The notes under the pieces were generated by a model, which saw nothing but the letters and a program-made list of their open reading frames with translations, had not been told where the DNA came from and did no database searches. From the NCBI GenBank assembly GCA_963751055.1, contig CAVVTB010000008.1, forward strand, positions 107,563-171,562: DNA of 64,000 bases, read 5' to 3'. Source of the stretch: an uncultured Actinomycetota bacterium. GTDB lineage: Bacteria; Actinomycetota; Actinomycetes; Actinomycetales; Microbacteriaceae. A program made the translations under genes and the position numbers. Positions 1 to 10,570 of this stretch are shown piece by piece. Numbering within the stretch: the stretch's first letter is position 1; every line of letters begins with the position of its first letter.

Positions 1-756
1 CGGAAGCCGGACCAGCCGCAGGGCGTCGACCACGGCGGGGTCAGCCGCGAGGTATCCGACCCGGGCGCCGGCGAACGCGAACGCCTTGCTCATCGTGCGC
101 GACACGATGAGACGCTCCCGCCCGGGGAGCAGTGTCACTGCCGAAGGCTCGCCGTGCGGAGCGAACTCGTGGTACGCCTCGTCCACCACGACGACGCCGT
201 GGGCGGCGTCGTAGACCGCCTCGATCACGTCCAGCGACATTGGCGTGCCGGTGGGGTTGTTCGGAGCGCAGAGGAAGACCACATCGGCTGCGGCCTCCGA
301 GACCTGCGATGCTGCGCTCTCGGCATCCACCGTGAAGTCGTGGGCACGGGTCCCCGTCGTCCAGGAGGCGCCGGTCCCGCGGGCCAGCAGCGGGTACATC
401 GAGTAGGTCGGGGTGAAGCCGAACGCGCTGCGGCCGGGACCGGCGAAGGCCTGCAGCACGTGCTGGAGCACCTCGTTGGAGCCGTTGGCCGCCCAGATCT
501 GATCGCGGGTGAGCCCGAACCCGAGGTAGTCGGCGAACCCCTCGCGCAGACCCGAGAACTCCCGGTCCGGGTAGCGGTTCACCTCGCGCAGAGCCAGGGC
601 GACAGCATCCAGGATGTCGTCAGCGACCTCCTCGGGAACGGGATGCGTGTTCTCGTTGACGTTGAGGGCGACGGGCAGCGGCGCCTGCGGGGCACCGTAG
701 GGCGTCTGCCCGCGCAGATCGTCGCGGAGGGGAAGGTCATCGAGGCGTGCGCTCAC
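1..756 (-). CDS. hisC: Histidinol-phosphate aminotransferase (5' part; runs off the window start)
   Basis: Manual minus-strand translation from GTG at 756 gives MSARLDDLPLRDDLRGQTPYGAPQ...LNVNENTHP...NRYPD...ANGSNEVLQ...SRTMSKAFAFAGARVGY, with the PLP-lysine motif. Absent from the ORF track because it is open at the edge. Confidence 0.93.
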   Translation of the reverse strand, partial: MSARLDDLPLRDDLRGQTPYGAPQAPLPVALNVNENTHPVPEEVADDILDAVALALREVNRYPDREFSGLREGFADYLGFGLTRDQIWAANGSNEVLQHVLQAFAGPGRSAFGFTPTYSMYPLLARGTGASWTTGTRAHDFTVDAESAASQVSEAAADVVFLCAPNNPTGTPMSLDVIEAVYDAAHGVVVVDEAYHEFAPHGEPSAVTLLPGRERLIVSRTMSKAFAFAGARVGYLAADPAVVDALRLVRLP

Positions 757-779
757 CCCTCCCATCGTAGAGCGATCGG

Positions 780-1148
780 TCAGTGACCCGCCGAGTACTC
801 CGCGGGGATCGCCAGGCGCTGGCCCGCTGAGATGGCTACGCCGTGCAGCGCATTGAGTCGCGCGATCGCGTCGACGACATCGCGCGGGTCGGCCGTCGGT
901 GCGACCTCTTCGGCGATCGACCACAGCGAATCGCCCGACGACACCGTGACGGTCTCGAACGAGTCCGCGGGCGCTCCGGCGTCTTTGGAAGCCAGCGCGG
1001 TTCCGCCGCTGACGATCGCAACGGTAAGCGCCAGGACAGCCGGCATCGCGGCTGCCGCCACGAGGACTCGCCGCCCACGAACGGTGAGGCGCAGGCGCGT
1101 GACACGAAGGGCTGTGGTGCCGGGGGCGGTGATGCCGATCACTGTCAT
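780..1148 (-). CDS. Membrane-anchored LysM protein, SOS cell-division inhibitor type (ChiZ/YneA-like)
   Basis: [11 protein letters not shown], then a TM helix, then a LysM domain ([16 protein letters not shown]...AGQRLAIP); divergent from lexA. Confidence 0.85.
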   Translation of the reverse strand: MTVIGITAPGTTALRVTRLRLTVRGRRVLVAAAAMPAVLALTVAIVSGGTALASKDAGAPADSFETVTVSSGDSLWSIAEEVAPTADPRDVVDAIARLNALHGVAISAGQRLAIPAEYSAGH

Positions 1149-1208
1149 GGGATCCTCCTGCGAACTGGGGAGAGATTCGCACCCTTCGCTCGGCCGGGAG
1201 TGGCGGAT

Positions 1209-1237
1209 GCGAATCTCTATTCCGAAGTTATCTTCGA
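1209..1237. promoter_or_regulatory. Putative LexA (SOS) boxes between the LysM gene and lexA
   Basis: CCGAAG-TTAT-CTTCGA (1222-1237) and GCGAAT-CTCT-ATTCCG (1209-1224) are degenerate matches to the actinobacterial TCGAAC-N4-GTTCGA. Confidence 0.6.
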
Positions 1238-1408
1238 TGTTCTAAGCTGTCAACTGCGGATCCTGGTGTGGATCCATCGAACGCGACACGCGGCTCGCCT
1301 GCGATGAAGTCGTCTGCGAACCGGATACGGTTTCGATACCGACACCCCACCACGGGCCTCCGACATTCGAAGACCAATGCCGGTTCGCGGCAGACAGGAG
1401 CAGGCAAG

Positions 1409-2089
1409 ATGAGCGAGTCGATCGGTCGCGAGAAGCCGCAGACCCGGCGGCGGAAGAGCCTGAGCGAGAAGCAGATGGCGATCCTCGAGGTCATCCAGCG
1501 GTCGATCGCCCGGCACGGCTATCCGCCGAGCATGCGCGAGATCGGGGATGCGGTCGGGCTGAAGTCGCTCTCGAGCGTGACGCACCAGCTGAACCAGCTC
1601 GAGCTCAGCGGCTACCTTCGCCGGGATGCCGGCAAGACGCGAGCGATGGAAGTGCTGATCGACCTGCCCGGCATGGCGACCGAGAACCCGGCCGACAGCG
1701 GCCCCGCCGTCGGCGATGCGGCGATGGTCCCGCTCGTCGGCCGCATCGCCGCGGGCGTGCCGATCACGGCCGAGCAGCAGGTCGAGGAGATCTTCCCCCT
1801 CCCCCGCCAGCTCGTCGGCAAGGGCGACCTCTTCATGCTCAAGGTGTCGGGTGAGTCCATGATCGATGCGGCGATCTGCGACGGAGACTGGGTTGTCGTG
1901 CGCACACAGCCGACAGCCGAGAACGGCGACATCGTCGCAGCCATGCTCGATGGCGAGGCCACTGTCAAGACGTTCCGCCAGCGCGACGGGCACACCTGGC
2001 TGCTGCCGCGCAACTCGGCGTTCGAGCCCATCCTCGGAGATCAGGCCTCGGTGCTGGGCAAAGTCGTCGCCGTGCTTCGCGCGGTCTGA
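1409..2089 (+). CDS. lexA: SOS repressor LexA
   Basis: [22 protein letters not shown] Ala-Gly cleavage site, GESM Ser and TVK Lys catalytic motifs; ATG 1409 after AGGAG. Confidence 0.97.
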   Translation: MSESIGREKPQTRRRKSLSEKQMAILEVIQRSIARHGYPPSMREIGDAVGLKSLSSVTHQLNQLELSGYLRRDAGKTRAMEVLIDLPGMATENPADSGPAVGDAAMVPLVGRIAAGVPITAEQQVEEIFPLPRQLVGKGDLFMLKVSGESMIDAAICDGDWVVVRTQPTAENGDIVAAMLDGEATVKTFRQRDGHTWLLPRNSAFEPILGDQASVLGKVVAVLRAV

Positions 2090-2117
2090 CCTGTTCGGAC
2101 GATATCGTCCGAACAGG
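2090..2117. terminator. Perfect 28-bp palindrome directly after the lexA stop
   Basis: CCTGTTCGGACGAT-ATCGTCCGAACAGG. Confidence 0.55.
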
Positions 2118-2174
2118 GTGATGCCGGACGTGGCGTGTGCGCCATGATGAGTGCATCCGGCTAGAGGAGGCCTC

Positions 2175-3734
2175 ATGAGCGAGCCAGACACCGTCGACCT
2201 TCAGGCCGAAATCGCCGCCCTGCGGGAGGAGAACGAAGCCCTCCGAACGGGAGCGACAGCTCCGGACGAGGTTCCTCCTCGAGCTCGCGGCGGCTGGTGG
2301 CGATCCCTGCTGTCGGCGCTGTGCATCATCATCGCGACGATCCTCGTGCCGGTCTCGATCGTGGGCGCGTGGGCGCAGGTGCAGCTGACCGACGAGGACG
2401 CGTTCGTCGCGACCCTCGCCCCGCTCGTCGACGATCCAGCCGTGCAGGCGATGATCATCGACGAATCCATGGAGGCGATCAACAACCAGGTCGACTTCCA
2501 GCAGATCACCTCTGACGTCTTCGACGGCATCGCGAACCTCGGTCTGCCGCCGCGAGCCGCCGATGCGCTGCAGCTGCTGGAGGCGCCCGCCGCGAACGGC
2601 CTCGAGAGCCTGGTCACGACGACCGTCACGCGCGTGGTCGAGTCGGATGCCTTCTCAGAGGTGTGGGCGACCGCAACGCGTGCCGCCCATCGAGCTCTCG
2701 TGGGCCTTTCGACATCCGACGGCGGCGGCCTCGTCGTCGTGACCGACGACGGTGTCGGCATCCAGCTCGGCGCTGTCGTCGAGCGCGTGAAGCAGAACCT
2801 GATCGATCGCGGCCTCGGCGCCGCCGAGCTGATCCCCCCCATCGATCGCGTCGTCATCCTCGGCACCGGCGAGAACCTCGCGACGATCCGCACGAGCTAT
2901 GCCGTGGCGAACACCGTCGGGATCTGGCTCCCGGTCATCACGCTCGCGCTGTTCGGCCTCGGCATCCTCATCGCCCGCCGGCGCAGCGTCGCCGTCCTCG
3001 GGACCGGCATCGGATTCGCCATCGGCGGTGCAACCCTCGCGATCATGCTGGCCATCGGCGAAACCGCGATGGGCGTCACCGCGGGGCTGCTGGGGCTGTC
3101 ACCCGACGCCCTCAACGTCATCTACGAGCAGCTCGTCGGCAACATGACGCAGACTGCTCTCGTCATCGCGTTCTTCGGCGTCTTCGTCGCGATCCTCGGC
3201 TGGGTGATGGGCCGGTCCGGCCCCGCCCGCGGATTCCGCCGGGCAGTCGACAGCATGAACGCCTCCGCGCGCCGCGAGCTCGCCGTGCGCGGACTCAACA
3301 CCGATTCGTTCGGGCTGTGGCTCGGCAGGCAGCGCATCCTGGTGCGTGCGATCATCGCGGTGCTCGCCGTCGTCTGGCTCTTCGCCCTGCGGCCGCTCTC
3401 GGTCGGCGACATCGTGCTCGTCGCATTCGTCGCATTCGGCGTCGCCTGGATCCTCGAGCTCCTGCAGCGTCGACCAGAAGAGCTCGTCGGCATCGACGAC
3501 ACCGAGGACGATCTCCTCTACAGCGACGTCGACCCCGACGGGACGAACCCCACGGCGGAGATCCTGCCTGCGGATGAATCGCCGACGCTCGACCTGACGG
3601 CCGAGACGGCGGTCCCCACGCCCTCTCCGGACAGCGCTGGCGCGCTGCCCGGAGCCTCTGGGCGCGTGGGCCCGGCCGCGACCGGACCGGCCGCGGCATC
3701 CGAATCCCCGAAGGGGAAATCGCCTAAACGGTGA
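2175..3734 (+). CDS. Multi-pass integral membrane protein of unknown function
   Basis: GGAGG RBS before ATG 2175; short coiled coil, one TM, large loop, several TM helices, acidic Pro-rich tail. Confidence 0.8.
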   Translation: MSEPDTVDLQAEIAALREENEALRTGATAPDEVPPRARGGWWRSLLSALCIIIATILVPVSIVGAWAQVQLTDEDAFVATLAPLVDDPAVQAMIIDESMEAINNQVDFQQITSDVFDGIANLGLPPRAADALQLLEAPAANGLESLVTTTVTRVVESDAFSEVWATATRAAHRALVGLSTSDGGGLVVVTDDGVGIQLGAVVERVKQNLIDRGLGAAELIPPIDRVVILGTGENLATIRTSYAVANTVGIWLPVITLALFGLGILIARRRSVAVLGTGIGFAIGGATLAIMLAIGETAMGVTAGLLGLSPDALNVIYEQLVGNMTQTALVIAFFGVFVAILGWVMGRSGPARGFRRAVDSMNASARRELAVRGLNTDSFGLWLGRQRILVRAIIAVLAVVWLFALRPLSVGDIVLVAFVAFGVAWILELLQRRPEELVGIDDTEDDLLYSDVDPDGTNPTAEILPADESPTLDLTAETAVPTPSPDSAGALPGASGRVGPAATGPAAASESPKGKSPKR

Positions 3735-3842
3735 CCTGGCTCCGCTCGCGCACGAGACGGGGTTGCGAACATCGTGGTGCCCGGGCGGTGCGGACCCTCT
3801 GTTTCGCCACGCTCAACACAGGTTTCGGCGTACGGTGGAGCC

Positions 3843-5774
3843 GTGACGACGACGATCCCTTACGGGTCCTGGCCCTCTCCGCTCTCGGCAGTCGAAGTGT
3901 CCGCGGCGTCGCCTCGCCTCGAAGGTGCGCGGTTCGTCGGCGATGAGCTGTGGTGGGGAGAATCCGTGCCCGAGCAGGGCGGACGCACCGCGGTCCGCCG
4001 GCGCGGCGCGTCGGGCGAGGTGATCGACGTGCTGCCGGCACCCTGGAACGCGCGATCCCGCGTCCACGAATACGGCGGCGCCGCGTGGACGACGACCGAT
4101 GACGGCGATCTGGTCTTCGTCGAGAAGGAGGATCAGCGGATCTGGATCCTGCCGCCTGGCGACGGACCGCGCCCGCTCACGCCGCCCGACACCGGCATGA
4201 GGTTCGGCGGGCTCACCTGGCAGGGCGGACGACTGTTCGCGATCCGCGAGACGCACGACGGGAAGCACCCGGCGCCGCGCCGCGACATCGTCGAGGTGCC
4301 GCTCGACCGGAGCGCCGTGTGGGACGCCGCAGCCATCGCGTCCCTCACGGAGGACAGCGACTTCCTCGCCCAGCCGGCGCTGTCTGCGGACGGGTCGCAC
4401 CTCGCCTGGATCGCGTGGAACCACCCGAACATGCCGTGGGATACGACCGAGCTGCGGGTAGGACGAATCGAGGACGGGATCGTCGCGGAGTGGGCGACGG
4501 TCGCCGGCGGAGACGGCACGGCGCCCCTCCAGCCGGTGTGGACCAGCGACGACGAGCTCGTCTACGTCGATGACCCGACCGGTCGCTGGAACCTGTGGCG
4601 CCTCCGCCTCACCGCCGATCTGCACCACGAACCGATCGCTCCGGTCGACGCGGACACCGGTGGTCCGCTGTGGGTGCTGGGCCTGCGATGGTTCGCCCTG
4701 CTGGACGACGGCCGGATCGTCGCCGTGCGCACGAACGGCGAGGACGCGGTCGTTGTGATCGGCCCCGACGGCACGGCGACGCCTCTCGAGCTCGAAGTGA
4801 CGGCGAACGTCGTCATCGAGGACGTCCGCGGCACGAAGGTGCTGCTGTCCGGCTCGGGCTCTCGCAGCCCGGCGGCGCTGTGGCTGGTCGACGTCGATGA
4901 CCCGGCCGCCGCGGAGCGCGTCGCCGGCGGCATTTCACCATGGGGTGACGAATGGATGCCGCACCCCGGCGCCGTCACGTTCCCCGGTCCGCGCGGTCCG
5001 GTTCACGCCTTCGAGTACCCGCCCGCGAATCCAGACGCGACCGCCCCCGAAGACGAGCGACCGCCATACGTCGTGTTCGTGCACGGCGGGCCGACGAGTC
5101 ATGTCGCGGGCGCAGCATCCGCCAAGATCGCCTACCTCACCAGCCGCGGGATCGGCGTCCTCGACGTCAATTACGGCGGCTCGACGGGCTACGGGCGCGC
5201 GTACCGCGAGCGGCTGCGTGGGCAGTGGGGCATCGTCGATGTCGAGGACGTGGTCGCCGCCGCCCGAGGGCTCGCCGAGTCCGGACGCGCGGATGCGGCA
5301 CGCCTTGCCATCGCGGGAGGTTCCGCCGGCGGATGGACCGTGCTCTGCGCGCTGACGGCATCCGACACCTTCTCAGCCGGCATCAGCCGGTACGGCGTCG
5401 CCGACCTGAGACGGCTCGCGGCGGACACCCACGACTTCGAGGCGCGCTACCTCGACAGCATGGTCGGTCCCCTGCCGAAGGCCGAAGAGGTCTACATCCA
5501 GCGGTCGCCGCTGTCGCATCTCGAGCGGTTCACCACACCGCTGCTCATCGAGCAGGGGCTGGACGACATGGTCGTGCCGCCGTCCCAGTCCGAAGCCGTT
5601 CGCGATGCGCTCGCCGCGAACGGCGTTCCGCACGCGTACCTCGCGTTCGAGGGCGAGGGCCACGGGTTCCGCCGCGCGGAGACGGTGGTGCGTACCCTCG
5701 AGGCGGAAGTCGCCTTCCTCGGGCAGGTGTTCGGCTTCGAAACCCCGGGAGTTCCGGAGCTCGAACTCGACTAG
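3843..5774 (+). CDS. S9 family prolyl oligopeptidase / acyl-peptide hydrolase
   Basis: PYGSWPSP N-terminus, HGGP, GGSAGG nucleophile, DMVVP Asp and EGHGF His. Confidence 0.92.
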   Translation: MTTTIPYGSWPSPLSAVEVSAASPRLEGARFVGDELWWGESVPEQGGRTAVRRRGASGEVIDVLPAPWNARSRVHEYGGAAWTTTDDGDLVFVEKEDQRIWILPPGDGPRPLTPPDTGMRFGGLTWQGGRLFAIRETHDGKHPAPRRDIVEVPLDRSAVWDAAAIASLTEDSDFLAQPALSADGSHLAWIAWNHPNMPWDTTELRVGRIEDGIVAEWATVAGGDGTAPLQPVWTSDDELVYVDDPTGRWNLWRLRLTADLHHEPIAPVDADTGGPLWVLGLRWFALLDDGRIVAVRTNGEDAVVVIGPDGTATPLELEVTANVVIEDVRGTKVLLSGSGSRSPAALWLVDVDDPAAAERVAGGISPWGDEWMPHPGAVTFPGPRGPVHAFEYPPANPDATAPEDERPPYVVFVHGGPTSHVAGAASAKIAYLTSRGIGVLDVNYGGSTGYGRAYRERLRGQWGIVDVEDVVAAARGLAESGRADAARLAIAGGSAGGWTVLCALTASDTFSAGISRYGVADLRRLAADTHDFEARYLDSMVGPLPKAEEVYIQRSPLSHLERFTTPLLIEQGLDDMVVPPSQSEAVRDALAANGVPHAYLAFEGEGHGFRRAETVVRTLEAEVAFLGQVFGFETPGVPELELD

Positions 5775-5777
5775 GGG

Positions 5778-7295
5778 TCAGACCGCGAACGGGGCGAGCT
5801 TCGCGGCAAGATGCTCGCCGACGCGAGCGTGGACGGCGGTGCCGCCCGCTTCGTGCTCCTGCGCGAGCAGGATCCCCTGCTCGTGGATCGCGGAGACGAG
5901 ATCGCCGCGGTCGTAGGGGACGAGCGCGCGGACCTCGACAGCCGGAAGCGGAAGCGCGGCTTCGATCGCGCCGCGGAGCTCGTCCATGCCCTCTCCGGTG
6001 CGCGAGGACGCGAAGATCGCATTCGGCTCGAGACCGCGCAGCACGAGCCGCGTGTCGTCGTCGACGAGGTCGGCCTTGTTGAAGACGACGATCTCGGGGA
6101 TGTCGCGGGCGCCTACGTCGCCGATGACATCGCGGACGGTCGCGAGCTGCGCCGCGGGATCAGGGTGCGCCGCGTCGACGACGTGGACGATGACGTCCGA
6201 TTCGCCGACCTCCTCCAGCGTCGAGCGGAACGCCTCGACCAGCTGATGCGGGAGGTTGCGGACGAACCCGACCGTGTCGGTGAGCGTGAAGACGCGACCG
6301 TCGGCCGTTCCCGACCGGCGGACCGTGGCATCCAGCGTCGCGAACAGAGCGTTCTCGACCAGGACGCCCGCGCTCGTCAGGCGGTTGAGCAGGCTCGACT
6401 TGCCGGCGTTCGTGTAGCCCGCGATGGCCACAGAAGGGATCGTGTTGCGCTTGCGCTCGGCGCGCTTGGCGTCGCGCGCGGGCGCGAAGTCGCGGATCTG
6501 GCGCCGCAGCTGAGCCATCCGGGTGCGGATGCGCCGACGATCGAGCTCGATCTTCGTCTCACCGGGACCACGCGAGCCCATGCCCGCACCGCCGGCGCCG
6601 ACCTGGCCACCGGCTTGGCGGCTCATCGAGTCACCCCACCCGCGGAGGCGGGGAAGGAGGTATTCGAGCTGTGCGAGCTCGACCTGGGCCTTGCCCTCGC
6701 GGCTCTTGGCGTGCTGGCTGAAGATGTCGAGGATGACCGTCGTGCGGTCGATGACCTTGACCTTCACCACGTCCTCGAGCGCTCGCCGCTGGCTCGGGGC
6801 GAGCTCGGTGTCGGCGATGACGGTGTCGGCACCGAGCGCGGCGACGATGTCACGAAGCTCCTCGGCCTTGCCGCGCCCGATGTAGGTCGCGGGGTCGGGA
6901 TGCGGACGCCGCTGCATCACGGCATCGAGCACAACGGCACCGGCGGTCTCGGCCAGCGCGGCGAGTTCGCGAAGCGAGTTCTCGGCGTCCTCCTGCTCGC
7001 CCTGGGGGTGCACACCGACGAGGACGACGTTCTCGAGTCGCAGCTGCCGGTACTCGACCTCGGTGACGTCCTCGAGCTCGGTCGACAGACCGGGAACGCG
7101 GCGAAGCGCGGCGCGCTCCTCACGATCCCACTGCTCACCGTCGGTGTCGGGACGCGCGATCGTGGCCGCGTCCTGGAGCGCCTGCGCCGCACCGAATACG
7201 CGTACCCCGGAGCGTGCATCCGCACGCGCGAGCACTCGATCCACCGGGTCCACCGGCATCTCGTCGGTGCTCTGAGGGGTGGTCGTATCCGTCAT
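5778..7295 (-). CDS. hflX: Ribosome-splitting GTPase HflX
   Basis: GYTNAGKSS, LFATLD, DTVGF, NKAD, RGPGETKIELDRR. Confidence 0.96.
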   Translation of the reverse strand: MTDTTTPQSTDEMPVDPVDRVLARADARSGVRVFGAAQALQDAATIARPDTDGEQWDREERAALRRVPGLSTELEDVTEVEYRQLRLENVVLVGVHPQGEQEDAENSLRELAALAETAGAVVLDAVMQRRPHPDPATYIGRGKAEELRDIVAALGADTVIADTELAPSQRRALEDVVKVKVIDRTTVILDIFSQHAKSREGKAQVELAQLEYLLPRLRGWGDSMSRQAGGQVGAGGAGMGSRGPGETKIELDRRRIRTRMAQLRRQIRDFAPARDAKRAERKRNTIPSVAIAGYTNAGKSSLLNRLTSAGVLVENALFATLDATVRRSGTADGRVFTLTDTVGFVRNLPHQLVEAFRSTLEEVGESDVIVHVVDAAHPDPAAQLATVRDVIGDVGARDIPEIVVFNKADLVDDDTRLVLRGLEPNAIFASSRTGEGMDELRGAIEAALPLPAVEVRALVPYDRGDLVSAIHEQGILLAQEHEAGGTAVHARVGEHLAAKLAPFAV

Positions 7296-7366
7296 GGGTT
7301 CCTTTCAAGGGCTTCGTGAATTCTAGTCTCCCGCGGTGGGGACGTCCTCCGGTACGCTCGACAGCC

Positions 7367-8008
7367 ATGGGGAATGAGCACTATTTCAGCGCGTCCCCCG
7401 CGAGCGCCGAGAATCTCCGTCGTATCCGCGTCACCCTCGCCGAGCGTGATGTGGAGGTGACGACAGCCGGAGGCGTGTTCAGCCCCGACCACGTCGATTC
7501 CGGCACCGCAGTGCTCCTCGCGAACACTCCCCCGCCGCCGCCCGGCGGGAACCTGCTGGACCTCGGGAGCGGATGGGGGCCGATCGCGCTGACCCTTGCG
7601 CTGCAGTCTCCTCACGCAACGGTCTGGGCGGTGGATGTGAACGAGCGTGCGCTCGATCTCGTCCGCCGGAACGCCGACGCACTGGGACTGTCGAATGTCA
7701 ACGCTTCGCTGCCCGATGATGTTCCCGAAGACCTGGTCTTCCGCACGATCCGCTCCAATCCGCCGATCCGAGTCGGCAAGAACGAGCTCCACGGACTCCT
7801 CGAGCGGTGGATACCCCGGCTCGAAGAGCGATCGGATGCCTGGCTCGTGGTGCAGCGGAATCTCGGCTCGGATTCGCTCCAGCGATGGCTGGCCGCAACG
7901 TTCGAGAAGGGCTACAGCGTGCATCGGGCCGCCACGGGCCGCGGATTCCGGGTCATCAAGATGCGGCGGCACGGGTCGCCCCCGAGCGAGCCCATTTCAC
8001 TGCCCTGA
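7367..8008 (+). CDS. Class I SAM-dependent methyltransferase (MTS/RsmC-like)
   Basis: EHYFS, GVFS, LDLGSGWG, SNPPIRVGK. Confidence 0.88.
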   Translation: MGNEHYFSASPASAENLRRIRVTLAERDVEVTTAGGVFSPDHVDSGTAVLLANTPPPPPGGNLLDLGSGWGPIALTLALQSPHATVWAVDVNERALDLVRRNADALGLSNVNASLPDDVPEDLVFRTIRSNPPIRVGKNELHGLLERWIPRLEERSDAWLVVQRNLGSDSLQRWLAATFEKGYSVHRAATGRGFRVIKMRRHGSPPSEPISLP

Positions 8009-8014
8009 GCACCG

Positions 8015-8106
8015 CCCTCCGCTCGGCGGAGTGTCACGGCAGAACGGAGGGTCCGAACGGGTCTTCCGACCCTCCGCTCGCCCCACCGCCTCCGCCGAGC
8101 GGAGGG
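8015..8106. repeat. Nested inverted repeat between convergent genes
   Basis: 17-bp perfect arms CCCTCCGCTCGGCGGAG (8015-8031) / CTCCGCCGAGCGGAGGG (8090-8106), with inner arms CGGAGGGTC / GACCCTCCG. Confidence 0.75.
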
Positions 8107-8143
8107 GCCGGACTGGTGCGCGGCGGCGGGAGCTGACCGGGCG

Positions 8144-9016
8144 TCAGGCGAGCGTGACCTCGCCCGAGTACACCAGGGTCGCAGGGCCGGACAGCAGGAC
8201 GTGACGCTCGGCGCCGACCTGCGGCATCCGAACCCCCAAGGTGCCCCCGGGAACCTCGACGGTCCAGCTGTCGGGAGCGGCGGGACCTGCCCAATGCCTC
8301 ACTGCGAGGGCGGCGGCCGCGACGCCCGTGCCGCAGCTGAGGGTCTCGCCGACGCCGCGCTCGAACACCCGCATGCGGATCGAGCCGACGCCGTTGTGGA
8401 CCAGCGGGTCGCTGGGCACCACGAATTCGACGTTCGCGCCGTGCGGCGGCTCGGGGTGCAGCTGCGGGACGGCGGTCAGGTCGAGACCGTCGAGCTCGTC
8501 GGTGTCGGGGAGCGCGACGACGACGTGAGGGTTGCCCACGTCGATGCCGAGCCCCGGTCGCGCCGCGCCGATGCCGCGGGCGCGAACGAGCACGTCTGCC
8601 TCATCGACGCGCCATGGGCCGAGGTCGACCTCGAGTCCGAGGTCGCTGCGGGTCAGCGTCTTCACCCCCGCGCGGGTGCCGATCGCGAGCGGTGCGCCGT
8701 CCAGCGTCGCCCATCCGACCTCGGCGAGGTAGCGCGCGAACACCCGGATGCCGTTGCCGCACATCTCGGCCTTCGAACCGTCGGCGTTGCGATAGTCCAT
8801 GAACCACTCGGCTCCGGATGCCGCAGCCAGGGCGCCTTCGTCGATGGCCGTCGCGCGAACCACACGGAGGATGCCGTCCGCGCCGATGCCGAAGCGCCGG
8901 TCGCAGAGCACCGCGACCTGGTCATCGGAGAGGTCCAGGTCGCCGGCGGGATCGGGCAGGACCACGAAGTCGTTGCCCGTGCCGTGACCTTTGGTGAATG
9001 AGAGGGTCTGCGGCAT
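8144..9016 (-). CDS. dapF: Diaminopimelate epimerase
   Basis: [32 protein letters not shown]. Confidence 0.97.
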   Translation of the reverse strand: MPQTLSFTKGHGTGNDFVVLPDPAGDLDLSDDQVAVLCDRRFGIGADGILRVVRATAIDEGALAAASGAEWFMDYRNADGSKAEMCGNGIRVFARYLAEVGWATLDGAPLAIGTRAGVKTLTRSDLGLEVDLGPWRVDEADVLVRARGIGAARPGLGIDVGNPHVVVALPDTDELDGLDLTAVPQLHPEPPHGANVEFVVPSDPLVHNGVGSIRMRVFERGVGETLSCGTGVAAAALAVRHWAGPAAPDSWTVEVPGGTLGVRMPQVGAERHVLLSGPATLVYSGEVTLA

Positions 9017-9061
9017 CCCCTCAGTCTAGAGTCGCCCCGACTGGGCCCCGCTGTCGCGGCA

Positions 9062-9141
9062 CCCGGGTATGGGGCGCGTTAGACGCGCGACACGCCGGAG
9101 CTGGCGGCGTGTCGCGAGAGAAGCGCGCCCCAAACCCCGGG
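9062..9141. repeat. ~80-bp imperfect palindrome with a CGCGACACGCC / GGCGTGTCGCG core
   Basis: CCCGGG..TGGGGCGCGTT..CGCGACACGCC-loop-GGCGTGTCGCG..AAGCGCGCCCCA..CCCGGG. Confidence 0.7.
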
Positions 9142-9161
9142 AGAAGTATCCGGATGCCGCG

Positions 9162-9587
9162 TCAGACGTCGGCGATCAGCCGCTTGCCGGTCGCCCAGGT
9201 GTCGAAAGGCTCGTAGTCGAGCGCGCCGTAGAACCCGCGGGCGGCGTCGTTCTCGGGTCGCACCATGAGCTGCACCTTCGGGCAGCCCATCGCGACGAGT
9301 CGCTCCTCGGCCGCGCCGACGAGGGCGCGGCCGATCCCTTCGCCTCGTCGCGTCGGGTCGCTCGCGAGGTAGTAGAGCCAGCCGCGATGACCGTCATAGC
9401 CGGCCATGACGGATCCGACGACCTCGCCCGCATCCACCGCGACGAGGAAGAGCTCCGGTTGCACGGCGAGCTTCCGCTCGATGTCGCGATGCGGATCGTT
9501 CCATGGACGGGTGAGACCGACCGCGTGCCACAGGGCGACGACGGCCTCCGTGTCTTCCCGGTCGAACGCGCGGATCTCGAGGTTCAC
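9162..9587 (-). CDS. GNAT acetyltransferase (YpeA-like)
   Basis: [35 protein letters not shown]; GTG overlaps the miaA stop (GTGA). Confidence 0.88.
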   Translation of the reverse strand: MNLEIRAFDREDTEAVVALWHAVGLTRPWNDPHRDIERKLAVQPELFLVAVDAGEVVGSVMAGYDGHRGWLYYLASDPTRRGEGIGRALVGAAEERLVAMGCPKVQLMVRPENDAARGFYGALDYEPFDTWATGKRLIADV

Positions 9588-10570
9588 TCGAACGAGTCTG
9601 CCAGGCCGCCGGCATCCGCCCCCGGCTCCACCCACTCGATGGCGGCGTAGCGCGTGAACCACGAGACCTGCCGTCGTGCGTACCGGCGGGTGAGTGCCTG
9701 GGTCTCGGCGATGGCCTCCGCCTCGGTCTTGTCCCCCGCAAGCTGAGCGAGCGCCTGCGCGTAGCCGATCGCGCGGCGTGCCGTCACACCATCCTCGAGT
9801 CCTCGCTCACGGAGCGACGCCGTCTCATCGAGGATTCCGTCGGCCCACATCCGCTCCACGCGGACGTCGAGTCGGCCGACGAGCTCCTCGCGCGGCACAG
9901 TCACACCGACGATCCGGGTATCGGCGCGCCACAGCACGGGCGCCTCGGGGAGCGCGGCGCCGTGCGTCGCCGCCCCCTGGGCGAGAACCTCGAGCGCGCG
10001 CACGATCCGGCGGCCGTTCTTCGGGTCGATCCGCTCCGCAGTGACCGGGTCGAGCTCGCGGAGCCTGGCGAACAGCATCCCGGGACCGTGCTGCGCCAGT
10101 TCGGCCTCGAGCTCCGCTCGCAGCGCGTCATCATGCGGCGGAAAGCGGAAGTCGAAGATGACGCTCGACACATACAGGCCCGACCCGCCGACGAGGATCG
10201 CGTCGGCGCCGCGGCTGTGGATGTCGTCGATCGCGGTCCGCGCGGCGAGTTGATACCAGGCGACGGCTGCCTCCTCGGTGACATCGAGCACATCGAGCAG
10301 ATGATGCGGGATGCCGCGGCGCTCGCGGATCGGGAGCTTGGCGGTCCCGATGTCCATCCCGCGATAGAGCTGCATCGCGTCGGCGTTGACGATCTCGGCG
10401 GTCCGGCCTCGCGCCGCGAGAGCTTCAGCGAGGTCGAGCGAGAGGGACGTCTTGCCGGTGCCGGTCGCGCCGACGATCACCCAGAGTCGCCCCGTGTGGC
10501 GACCTTCGGCGCCAGTTTCCTGCGTTGGCGCCAGATCTTCATGCGCGCCATCGCCGGAAGGTGGCGCCAT
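9584..10570 (-). CDS. miaA: tRNA dimethylallyltransferase (start codon uncertain)
   Basis: [43 protein letters not shown]. Confidence 0.96.
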   Translation of the reverse strand: MAPPSGDGAHEDLAPTQETGAEGRHTGRLWVIVGATGTGKTSLSLDLAEALAARGRTAEIVNADAMQLYRGMDIGTAKLPIRERRGIPHHLLDVLDVTEEAAVAWYQLAARTAIDDIHSRGADAILVGGSGLYVSSVIFDFRFPPHDDALRAELEAELAQHGPGMLFARLRELDPVTAERIDPKNGRRIVRALEVLAQGAATHGAALPEAPVLWRADTRIVGVTVPREELVGRLDVRVERMWADGILDETASLRERGLEDGVTARRAIGYAQALAQLAGDKTEAEAIAETQALTRRYARRQVSWFTRYAAIEWVEPGADAGGLADSFE

